DNA of 64,000 nucleotides. Source: a virus (Duplodnaviria; Caudoviricetes). The DNA lies in the IMG/VR virus record IMGVR_UViG_2595698668_000001, positions 96,001-160,000 of that record; one strand, given 5' to 3'. Positions 47,623 to 55,983 of this stretch are shown here, piece by piece. A model generated the notes under the pieces. The model had not been told where the DNA came from, ran no database searches, and saw only the letters and a list, made by a program, of their open reading frames with translations. The translations under genes and the position numbers were made by a program. Within the stretch, counting starts at the first letter, position 1; each line of letters starts with the position of its first letter.

Positions 47623-48624
47623 ATGATTTTTGTAAAATATAACTCTCTTGAGAACCACTATCGTCAAAACGTCATCGACTCTTTTACAACTTCCGGATAT
47701 ACTGCAAAGGGTGTTGAATGGGTTGCAATGGAAAAGATTCATGGTACGAATTTTCAACTTGCTGTAAATGATGAACATGTACAGGCGGGTCGTCGAACTG
47801 ATCTTATTGGTGATTTTGACCAGTTTTATGAAGCAGACCTGATTGTAAAGAAATATCATGACAATGCACGAAAAGTATACGACTTTGTTAAACAAAAACA
47901 CCCAGAAGTTGATCAAGTAACAATCTTCGGGGAATATGCCGGTAATCTTACTACTGGTAAAATGATTCAAAAGGAAGTAGAATATGGAGATCAAGACTTT
48001 TATGTGTTTGATATCTTCATTTTCTCTGGTGAAACTGGAATGTACCTCTCCCACGATTTCGTGATGGAGTCCATCAGAGGAATCTTCAAACATGCCCCGG
48101 TTATCTACCGTGGGGATTTCGATGGTGTGACAAAACTCCCGAACGACTTCCAATCCGTTGTTATCCCAAACAACAAAGAAGGAAAATTCGGTCTGGTGGT
48201 AGGAACTGATAACATTGCGGAGGGGTTTGTTGCGAAGACAGTAGACCCACATTATACCCGTCAAGGTCGGACTATTTTCAAATCTAAAAACTCCAAGTTT
48301 ACCGAGAAAGGGAAATCTGACAAACCGGTAAAGGTAAAAGAGCCTCTGGGTGAATCTGATCTTGCTATGGTCCATGAGATCGCAGAATATATCAACGTAA
48401 ATCGTCTTAAAAACGTCCTAAGTAAGATCGGGATCCCTACCACTAAAGAGTTTGGTAAGGTTTCTGGTAACCTCTCGAAAGACGCAATCGAAGATTTCAC
48501 GAAGGATACCAACAAAAACCTACGAGATGCAGAACGACCTTCTGATGTGGGTAAAGCAGTGAACAACCTAGCAGGGGAACTTGTTCGGGAACACTGGATG
48601 AATATCCTTGATGGAAATTTCTAA
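47623..48624 (+). CDS. rnlB: RNA ligase 2
   Basis: MIFVKYNSLENHY, EKIHGTNF, GEYAG, FDI, AEGFV, KSKNSKFTEK. Confidence 0.97.
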   Translation: MIFVKYNSLENHYRQNVIDSFTTSGYTAKGVEWVAMEKIHGTNFQLAVNDEHVQAGRRTDLIGDFDQFYEADLIVKKYHDNARKVYDFVKQKHPEVDQVTIFGEYAGNLTTGKMIQKEVEYGDQDFYVFDIFIFSGETGMYLSHDFVMESIRGIFKHAPVIYRGDFDGVTKLPNDFQSVVIPNNKEGKFGLVVGTDNIAEGFVAKTVDPHYTRQGRTIFKSKNSKFTEKGKSDKPVKVKEPLGESDLAMVHEIAEYINVNRLKNVLSKIGIPTTKEFGKVSGNLSKDAIEDFTKDTNKNLRDAERPSDVGKAVNNLAGELVREHWMNILDGNF

Positions 48625-48707
48625 AAATAAATGAAAAAAGGCTTGCCAACGGGTAAGCCTTTTTGATATCTTATACATATCGAAACAAGAGACAGAAAGG
48701 ACGAATC

Positions 48708-49343
48708 ATGAACAACGAAAAATTCAATGAAATTATGGAAAACGTAGTTGGTATGGTAGAAGCCGGTTTTGTTTCTAAGGCCGGTCAGAAACGCGCCCTG
48801 AACGAATGCACAAAAATGATGGATCTGGTGCGAGCCGAATTTTCTTCCTTCTATCTGGACTCCATTAGTATCGAACAGCGTAATATGGATCTTCCGGAAC
48901 ACGAAGCGGCGGTAGACCTTTATTATGCACATCCAAACACCGCAACTTTTGCCAAATATCTGGTAAAAGCAGAAAAAGCAATGCCTTGGATGGATAAAGC
49001 TCTGTGTGAAGAATTGGTTTCTATGGGTGAACAGGTTGTTGCTATGATTGCAACAGTTAAAAACGCCCCCATCAACCAACCAGAACCGAAAGTTAGCGAG
49101 AAAGAAGCAGTCATCAAGAAAAACATCATGGAAATCATGGAACTTCGGGGTGAACAGTTCAACCGGTGTCTTCGTTTGGATGAGATGTTTGGTCGGATGA
49201 TGGTAACCGCTAACGTTCACCTTGTTCGTGGACACAAAGGTACTGTGTTTGTTCGCGCCTTCTACTACGTTTGTGGTCACCTGACCCCTCTGAACGTAAT
49301 CATTGCTGCAATGGAAGAAGCAGCAAAAAAAGAAACCAAATAA
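48708..49343 (+). CDS. hypothetical early protein
   Basis: AAGGA RBS before ATG 48708; TTGCCA/TGATATCTT promoter-like sequence upstream. Confidence 0.7.
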   Translation: MNNEKFNEIMENVVGMVEAGFVSKAGQKRALNECTKMMDLVRAEFSSFYLDSISIEQRNMDLPEHEAAVDLYYAHPNTATFAKYLVKAEKAMPWMDKALCEELVSMGEQVVAMIATVKNAPINQPEPKVSEKEAVIKKNIMEIMELRGEQFNRCLRLDEMFGRMMVTANVHLVRGHKGTVFVRAFYYVCGHLTPLNVIIAAMEEAAKKETK

Positions 49344-49364
49344 CTTTAAATTGAGGAATGAAAA

Positions 49365-50084
49365 ATGAAAAAGCGGTTTGTTAGTTTTGCTATCTTAGGT
49401 GCGATGTGCGCTATTAGTGCGGTACAGGTTAATGCCGCATCTTTTGATTGTGAGAAAGCATCAAGCAAAATAGAACGAACTATTTGTACAGACGAACGTT
49501 TGAGTGAATCAGACGAGAAACTAAATTCTGTTTATAAAGAAGTTCGAAAAATTAACCCGGCGATTATTGAAGGTCAGCGGGATTGGGTCAAACGTCGTAA
49601 TAAAGCATCTTCAATCGAAGAACTCGACCAACTTCATGAAACACGGATCCAAGAACTTGAATCCATGCTTAAACCAATCATCGAACAAGATGATGAAAGT
49701 GTATTCACTCGTTCCGAACAACCAAAAATCAAGAAAGTGTCTGTTGTTGAAAATAAAAACGTAGTGAAAGACATTAAATATTATATCGATGAAGTACAGC
49801 GCACTGGTGGAATGACTAATAAGGATGGATTCTTTTCCGCAAAAGAAGTGGGTAAGGGTTATCCTAGTTGGTTAAAAGGTTGTGGGATGGTTGTGGGTGA
49901 AGCACACGGTACAAAATATTTCATTAGTGACGCCAAGAAATATGGTCAATTTGATATCTATATCCAGAATGAATTGAGCTTTAAAACTGTCGCGGCTAAT
50001 ATCATGATTAAAAATATGGTAGATTCCGTAAAAGGCGATCTAGGTCTTGTTAAAATTATGTGTGATTCCGGAGAATTATATTAA
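49365..50084 (+). CDS. secreted protein with LprI-like (lysozyme inhibitor, DUF1311-type) N-terminal domain
   Basis: Signal peptide ending VNA, then ASFDCEKASSKIERTIC...LNSVY...QRDWVKRRN. Confidence 0.75.
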   Translation: MKKRFVSFAILGAMCAISAVQVNAASFDCEKASSKIERTICTDERLSESDEKLNSVYKEVRKINPAIIEGQRDWVKRRNKASSIEELDQLHETRIQELESMLKPIIEQDDESVFTRSEQPKIKKVSVVENKNVVKDIKYYIDEVQRTGGMTNKDGFFSAKEVGKGYPSWLKGCGMVVGEAHGTKYFISDAKKYGQFDIYIQNELSFKTVAANIMIKNMVDSVKGDLGLVKIMCDSGELY

Positions 50085-50350
50085 TGAACCTCAAAGCTCG
50101 TGAATTGATGATAGAGCTATTCAATAACGGGATCGAGTGTAGGTTGGTATCTTCATCCACAAGCTCTTATATCGACGTACAGGGGCATATGGTGAGGGTT
50201 TCAGATCACGGAGGTCATTCTAAGTTCAAAGGAACTCAGATCCGAAAAGACCATGGCTATAAAAAGACCAAATATGGTATGATCTTTGGGTATAACGAGA
50301 TTGGAATGGCAGTAAAATATCTCAAATCCCTAAATACATTAACAAACTAA
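50084..50350 (+). CDS. hypothetical protein
   Basis: 88 aa, SSYI...VRVSDH motif. Confidence 0.65.
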   Translation: MNLKARELMIELFNNGIECRLVSSSTSSYIDVQGHMVRVSDHGGHSKFKGTQIRKDHGYKKTKYGMIFGYNEIGMAVKYLKSLNTLTN

Positions 50351-50362
50351 GAGGAATGCGAA

Positions 50363-51235
50363 ATGGCATTGAATTATGTAGAAGAACCAGTAGAAAAAGA
50401 AACTAAACCAAAAAAGTCTACTGCGAAAAAACAAAAAGAACTTGACCTTGGGGTAATCAACGAAATTGTTGATGCTAATACCGCACCAGAAGCAAAGGCT
50501 AAAATTCAAGCATATGCTAAAGAGTGTGGATTTAAAATTAGCAAGTCTAATACTTCTGTTGACGATATGATCGTCAAACTCCTTGAAATGGCGGACGCCA
50601 AAGAGAATGAAAAACTGGATCTTGCACCAGAACCAAAAGAAAAAACCCCTTTTATTGAACCTGTTGTAGTCGATGATGAATTCGACGTTGTAGATGAGGT
50701 TATTGAACTTGGTGTGGTTGAATCAATCAAAATTGATGATGGGGTAGTTAATATAAATACTCCAAACGATGTGAAAATTGAATTCACTCCACCAAAACCA
50801 CTAGAATATGTTGATGCTTCTGGGTTTAAAACTCTAGACGAATTAATTGAAGATGAAAAGACGTTTGTTAAAGAAAAAATGAAATCTGAAATTGAGGAAC
50901 CAAAGGATGATTGGTCTCCAATTGCAGGACCAGAGCGCGGTTTAATCCCATCGTTAAAGAATAATCAAAACCAATATACCAGAGAACCAGATTTGACCTA
51001 TGGTTTCAAACCAAAAGTAAATCTAATTGGTGCAGTTGGAAACCAATACCTTAATTGCCCATATTGGATTCTTGATTGGATTCTTGAGAAGGGGCCGACT
51101 TGGAAGAGTATTATTGATACTCATGAACGTGAACCGGATAAAGCACTTCTGAAAACAGTTCTTTATTACATCCAGATTAATGGCAGCGTGACATTGCGAG
51201 AAAGTCGAAATTCTCGTTTCCATACCATTTACTAA
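50363..51235 (+). CDS. inh: inhibitor of prohead protease Inh
   Basis: C-terminal LIG...YLNCPYWILDWI...YYIQINGSVTLRESRNSRF; late promoter upstream. Confidence 0.88.
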   Translation: MALNYVEEPVEKETKPKKSTAKKQKELDLGVINEIVDANTAPEAKAKIQAYAKECGFKISKSNTSVDDMIVKLLEMADAKENEKLDLAPEPKEKTPFIEPVVVDDEFDVVDEVIELGVVESIKIDDGVVNINTPNDVKIEFTPPKPLEYVDASGFKTLDELIEDEKTFVKEKMKSEIEEPKDDWSPIAGPERGLIPSLKNNQNQYTREPDLTYGFKPKVNLIGAVGNQYLNCPYWILDWILEKGPTWKSIIDTHEREPDKALLKTVLYYIQINGSVTLRESRNSRFHTIY

Positions 51236-51240
51236 TATCT

Positions 51241-51266
51241 AGCCATCCTACGGGGTGGCTTTTTTG
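51241..51266 (+). terminator. terminator after inh
   Basis: agccatcc-tacg-gggtggct-tttttt. Confidence 0.85.
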
Positions 51267-51316
51267 TATCCCTAAATACTAATTGACCATTTTGGTCAAT
51301 ATAATAAGGGTGTTTA

Positions 51317-51538
51317 ATGGAATACAATTTCATCGAAGTTAATGAAAATATTTTTGTTCTTACTGGATATTTCGGATCTTATAATTTGATTGAGAGATGG
51401 AAAAGACTTGAAGAAGATGACCATTTAATGATCGTGAAGATAAAGGAATATTTGGAGAGGGGAAATATTGTGGTTGTACATGATGTACAAGAAGATTTAT
51501 TCGTTAAGCTAGATGGAGATAAATTTTACGTTTTTTGA
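51317..51538 (+). CDS. small late hypothetical protein
   Basis: CCCTAAATA at 51270, AAGGG RBS, terminator at about 51585. Confidence 0.65.
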   Translation: MEYNFIEVNENIFVLTGYFGSYNLIERWKRLEEDDHLMIVKIKEYLERGNIVVVHDVQEDLFVKLDGDKFYVF

Positions 51539-51631
51539 TTTCGTATTGTATCAGACACTACGAATGTTTTTAACTTTTATACTTAGGTGATCTCTCGATC
51601 ACCTTTTTTGTATCTTTTATATACAAAAATA

Positions 51632-51753
51632 ATTAGTTTCACTTGCAATCAAAGTATAAAATCTCTATAAGTATTTATATAGAAGATCTATAATTAGAAA
51701 GTGTGAGCGAAGCGAACAGGCGGCTACGCCGTCTCACTACGTTCGAGATCTAT
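51632..51753 (-). repeat. 122-bp dispersed inverted repeat, copy 2
   Basis: Reverse complement of 26051-26172 with 3 mismatches. Confidence 0.95.
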
Positions 51754-51791
51754 TTATTTATAATGCTATTTAGGTGTGTTAAAATACTATC

Positions 51792-52352
51792 ATGAAAAGG
51801 AAAATTGTAACTCTTATAGGAACCAGATATCCTAATGAAGAGTATAAACAGTTGATGATAAGAATTGGAAAAGCTTTTTCGGATCGTGGTTATGGTGCTA
51901 GGTCTGGTGGTGCCATTGGTTCTGATACACTTTTCCTAACCGAATATGACCCAACATTAACCATTGTATATCGTCCTGATGATAGACCCGGTTGTGTTAA
52001 TGTCAAAAACCATGAAAACTATTATGAATTTGAATTGCTTGCTTCCCGTGTTCATGGGTCTGGAGTTGGCTGGGAATTTATGCCAATCGGTCACCAAGAA
52101 TTACACGCTCGGAACGTTCCTCAAGTTATGGGATTAAACCTCAAGTCTTATTCTGACTTAGTTGTATTTTGTGCAGAGGAATCGATACATGGTACTGTAT
52201 CTGGTGGAACTGCTACTGCGGTTAAAATAGCAAGAAGCCTAAATATACCTACCCTAAACATTATGAACCCAGTTCAAAGATCAAAACTTTGTAAATGGTT
52301 GGGTATTGATGATATACCAGTATTAGAAAAGGTTGACATTTTCAATCTCTAA
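51792..52352 (+). CDS. DprA/SMF-like SLOG Rossmann-fold protein
   Basis: LIGTR, RSGGAIGSD, HARNVPQVMG, GGTATAVKIA...IPTLN. Confidence 0.8.
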   Translation: MKRKIVTLIGTRYPNEEYKQLMIRIGKAFSDRGYGARSGGAIGSDTLFLTEYDPTLTIVYRPDDRPGCVNVKNHENYYEFELLASRVHGSGVGWEFMPIGHQELHARNVPQVMGLNLKSYSDLVVFCAEESIHGTVSGGTATAVKIARSLNIPTLNIMNPVQRSKLCKWLGIDDIPVLEKVDIFNL

Positions 52353-52390
52353 ATATTGTTGTGGAATAATAACAATAAACGAGGTTGAAA

Positions 52391-52735
52391 ATGAAAAGCT
52401 CACCACGTAAGATCGCCAGAACTGCGCATGATGCGATTCGACGGTTTAATTTAATACTAGGCGACACCGATACATTGTGGAAAGAAGAACCCGAAAAGGT
52501 TAAACGGGTCTGGACTAAACATGTAACATATATAATCGACCACCCTGATTCTGATGCTCGAACTGTTCATGAGCTTTGGAGAAATTATAAAGAGGGAGAA
52601 GGTTGGATATTTGGTGAAGATAAATCTAGAGACGAGAAAACCCATCCATGTTTGACATCTTACGATGAACTACATGAAATAGAAAAGATGAAATATTATA
52701 TTTTCATCGAAACTGTTCTTGAGCAATCAAAATAA
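52391..52735 (+). CDS. RyR-domain protein
   Basis: HELW...EGWIFGEDKSRDEKTHPCLTSYDEL...EK, the ryanodine receptor repeat signature. Confidence 0.8.
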   Translation: MKSSPRKIARTAHDAIRRFNLILGDTDTLWKEEPEKVKRVWTKHVTYIIDHPDSDARTVHELWRNYKEGEGWIFGEDKSRDEKTHPCLTSYDELHEIEKMKYYIFIETVLEQSK

Positions 52736-52770
52736 AAAAGCCCCGACCTAAAAAGGTTGGGGCTTTCTTT
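52736..52770. terminator. bidirectional terminator between RyR gene and gene 24
   Basis: aaagccccgacct-aaaa-aggttggggcttt. Confidence 0.75.
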
Positions 52771-52813
52771 TATCCAGAATAAAGCTTCTACGTCTTTTTA
52801 TCTGGAAAATTAA

Positions 52814-54043
52814 TTATGCGTAATCTTTCATTTCAACCATACACATACGAGCCAATTGAGACTTGTTGGCAGCACCTACCCAATCTTCCCCATCATATAC
52901 CTTAGCAGGGTTGGATTCAATTTTTCTGAAATCCGGGCTAGTAGATAGAGCATATCTTGAGATAATACCAACCACTGGTTGTAGCGCATCTGGATCGGCA
53001 GCAACCATAAAAGTGCCTGCTTCATCTTCTTCAATATATGGACTGTAATAAACAGCACTTACTGTATCAACACCTTCATCAAATTTAGCCTTAACACCAA
53101 CCAGCATATAATGGACTGGGGTTTTTGAATCAACAACCAATTTCATTTTAGTACCGATAATTCGGTGTTGATCGTCAACTAATCCAGACGTTTGAATAAG
53201 TGCGGCCACATGAGCAGAAGCAAGAATATAAGTCGGTTTGAATGTGGTATCCAAAGTAATTTGAGCAGCCATACGACACGCACGAGCAACAAGATCACGA
53301 CCAGCAAAATATTCAGTGGTTGCTACATTGTACGGAGTTGCTTTAACCTCTTTAGATGCAACGGTCACCAGCTTCATGATAATATCGCTGTTAATCTCTT
53401 CTGCAATGGCAACAGACAATAGATCTTCTACTGCTGCATCACCATCCATATTCATACCACCCATATCTTGAAGAAGTTCAAGAGTGATGTTAGATTTTAG
53501 TTTGCGACTACGAACAACGGATTTCCATTTGTTCATTACATATCTGGTTTTTTGGATTTCTTTATCTTCTTGGGTGTTCGGTACAATAGCATCAACAACA
53601 AGACGAAGGTTACCAGTAAAGACATTCTCAAAAAGAGAATTCAAATCGCCGGAATAATCACCATCATTGATAACTTGGAACACATAACCTTCACTGGCAA
53701 AATATGCTTTTGATACCATACCAGCACTACCAGCGGGTAATGCAGAAACGGCTGCCATATCAAATTCACCACCATAATTACGGTTATCAAGGTTAATATC
53801 CCGATGACTTTGATTGTCTTCGCTAATATACTCGTAACGTACACCAAATACGTTTGCTACTGGGTCTGTAGTTGGTTGAACACCAGCAAGCTCATCATAA
53901 ATTTTATTAAATGTTTTGCGAGTTAGTGAAACTAAAGAAGGGCGACCAGTTACGATATCACCACTACTAGATTCAACCAACCGCCCGGACATACCAGACT
54001 CTTTAATTAGGTCTTGTATTTTTTTGGAGACTACTTTAGCCAT
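52814..54043 (-). CDS. 24: capsid vertex protein gp24
   Basis: GRPSLVSLT, QPT..PVA, RSRKLK, EEINSDII, YYSPY, SRYAL; downstream of gene 23. Confidence 0.93.
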   Translation of the reverse strand: MAKVVSKKIQDLIKESGMSGRLVESSSGDIVTGRPSLVSLTRKTFNKIYDELAGVQPTTDPVANVFGVRYEYISEDNQSHRDINLDNRNYGGEFDMAAVSALPAGSAGMVSKAYFASEGYVFQVINDGDYSGDLNSLFENVFTGNLRLVVDAIVPNTQEDKEIQKTRYVMNKWKSVVRSRKLKSNITLELLQDMGGMNMDGDAAVEDLLSVAIAEEINSDIIMKLVTVASKEVKATPYNVATTEYFAGRDLVARACRMAAQITLDTTFKPTYILASAHVAALIQTSGLVDDQHRIIGTKMKLVVDSKTPVHYMLVGVKAKFDEGVDTVSAVYYSPYIEEDEAGTFMVAADPDALQPVVGIISRYALSTSPDFRKIESNPAKVYDGEDWVGAANKSQLARMCMVEMKDYA

Positions 54044-54136
54044 TTTTAAGATTCCTCTTTTTCTTTTATTTAGGGCTCATTCATTGGTTGACTGTATGAA
54101 CTCTATCTAGTATTATTTAGACCAGTAAGAAAAACG

Positions 54137-54160
54137 AAAAGGGAACCCGAAGGTTCCCTT
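54137..54160 (-). terminator. cUUCGg terminator after gene 23
   Basis: aagggaacc-ttcg-ggttcccttttc on minus strand. Confidence 0.9.
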
Positions 54161-54176
54161 ATTTTTGGATTTGCTA

Positions 54177-55859
54177 TTAGGCACCCAGAACACGTACACG
54201 ACGGTAGAAGGAGTTCTTACCGAAGATTGCAGCACCCGGCATACCGGAAGTGATCTTGGAGAAGCCTTTGTTCTTGGAACCGTCAGCGAACGGGTGCAGT
54301 TTAACACCGTAACGGGTCTTGAAGCCAAGAATGGTAGCGAAGGACTTAGGATCCACACCACGCAGCGGGCTCAACGGGATGTATGGGCAGTAGTACAGAC
54401 CTGCATCCAGTTCGGAGCTACCCTTGAAGCCTACAGTGAAGTAATCTTCAACAGCGTACTGGTCGATGAAGACACGATACTTACCAGCCAGAACACCAGC
54501 GAACTGAGATACAGAGGTATCAGTGTTCAGCTTGGTAGTACCAGCAGCAGCCGGAGAAACCATCTGGTCGGTGGAACCGAGCATTACAGCAACGTTACGG
54601 GAACAGATTACGAAGTTACCGTTACCACGACCGGTTTGACGACCGATTTCAGCAGCTTCCTTATCGATTTGGGTAACCAGAGCCTTGGCGCTCTCACCTT
54701 GCCAACGAGCACCGCGAACGTCGTTCGGGTCTGCAAAGTTAAAGACACCAGCTTGTCCGCCATGTTGGTTAGTCCAACCAGTCTTACCGATTTGGGCGGT
54801 AGCGTTGATCCACAGGATCATTTCGCGGTTGATTTCCAGCATGATTTCGTTAGCCAGAATGCTGGACAGTTCGCTATCTGCATCCAGACCGTGAACGTTA
54901 CGCAGATCCTGAGCCAGTTCGATGGAGTACTGAGCTTTCAGTTGACGAGCCTTAGCTTCAACTACTTGCTTATCAATACGGAAACTCATTTCAGGCCACG
55001 GGTTATTGCTGGAACCATTAAAGTTCTCTTGCAGTTCCGCCATGGAGGTAGCCATACCTTCACCGATTTCAACCGCGATCTTGTCGTGGATCAGTTTCAG
55101 GTAACCAGCGGTTTTAACGTCAGCAGCAGTACCAGCAGTATAAGCGGTAACGAACTGAACAACCTTAGTACCGGAGTTGGAATAAGCGTCTACTTCTTCA
55201 TCCAGTTGGAAGCGAGCCAGATCACCGATTGCATAGGTTCCGTCTTTATCAAAAGCAGGAATCAGCGGAGCAGTGGCACCACGACCAGAGAAGCTGGAAT
55301 CAGGTGCATATTGCGGGTGGAAAGCTTCGCGAGCTTGAGCATCCAAAGCATCAGTACCATAGATGGCACGGAGGGTGAATACTTGACCAGCAGAAGAGGT
55401 CATCGGCTGAACACCACAGATATCAAAGGCAATCAGGTTGCTGATAGCACGACGAGCCAGACCCATAACAGCCGGACCGACGTTGGTGATGTTACCGGAA
55501 GCTTCACCAGAGGCGATCTTGATAGCATCATAACCGTGGTCACCGACGATGTTAGCTTCGGTCAGCATGGTTTCCATCTCTTCGCCGGACAGTTCGCGAC
55601 CTTCTGCCAGAGCAGCGGCTTGAGCTTCGTTCAGCATCTTTTTGGCTTCTGCCAGTTGAGCTTTACGACCTTGTACGTCAACCATGGAATCGATTACGGT
55701 TTGGTCGGTATATGCAGCACCGTCGTTACTCTTGATGTCTTCATATTGGTTTTCCATCAGACGAGCGACGATATCCTTGCGCTTCATGGTAGCAATTTCC
55801 GGCATACCTTCTTTTTCAAGCAGCGGTTTCCACTTAGCGATAATAGCGGTCTTAGACAT
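54177..55859 (-). CDS. 23: major capsid protein gp23
   Basis: KWKPLLE, GDHGY, IAFDICGVQPM, ARQLKAQYSIELAQDLR, GFKTRYG. Confidence 0.99.
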   Translation of the reverse strand: MSKTAIIAKWKPLLEKEGMPEIATMKRKDIVARLMENQYEDIKSNDGAAYTDQTVIDSMVDVQGRKAQLAEAKKMLNEAQAAALAEGRELSGEEMETMLTEANIVGDHGYDAIKIASGEASGNITNVGPAVMGLARRAISNLIAFDICGVQPMTSSAGQVFTLRAIYGTDALDAQAREAFHPQYAPDSSFSGRGATAPLIPAFDKDGTYAIGDLARFQLDEEVDAYSNSGTKVVQFVTAYTAGTAADVKTAGYLKLIHDKIAVEIGEGMATSMAELQENFNGSSNNPWPEMSFRIDKQVVEAKARQLKAQYSIELAQDLRNVHGLDADSELSSILANEIMLEINREMILWINATAQIGKTGWTNQHGGQAGVFNFADPNDVRGARWQGESAKALVTQIDKEAAEIGRQTGRGNGNFVICSRNVAVMLGSTDQMVSPAAAGTTKLNTDTSVSQFAGVLAGKYRVFIDQYAVEDYFTVGFKGSSELDAGLYYCPYIPLSPLRGVDPKSFATILGFKTRYGVKLHPFADGSKNKGFSKITSGMPGAAIFGKNSFYRRVRVLGA

Positions 55860-55931
55860 TTTTGTTTTCCTTTTTGGATTTGAAATTTAATTTTCGGGGA
55901 GAAGAACCATTTCTTCTTTCCCTTACAAATA

Positions 55932-55940
55932 TATTTAGGG
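55932..55940 (-). promoter_or_regulatory. late promoter CCCTAAATA upstream of gene 23 (representative of 11 copies)
   Basis: Identical 9-mer found correctly oriented upstream of genes 19, 20, 22, 23, 24, 34, 40, uvsW, inh and others. Confidence 0.85.
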
Positions 55941-55983
55941 GAGTTATTTCAGTTATTTTTATAACTCCCCGTTAAACAGAAAA

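Noticed and set aside
26051-51753. Composite transposon or site-specific invertible element bounded by the inverted repeats
   Set aside because: No transposase or recombinase in the window, no target-site duplication, and the enclosed genes are core phage genes
54165-55883. 572-aa ORF antisense to gene 23
   Set aside because: Exactly shadows a highly expressed gene whose codon bias removes antisense stops; no recognisable motifs
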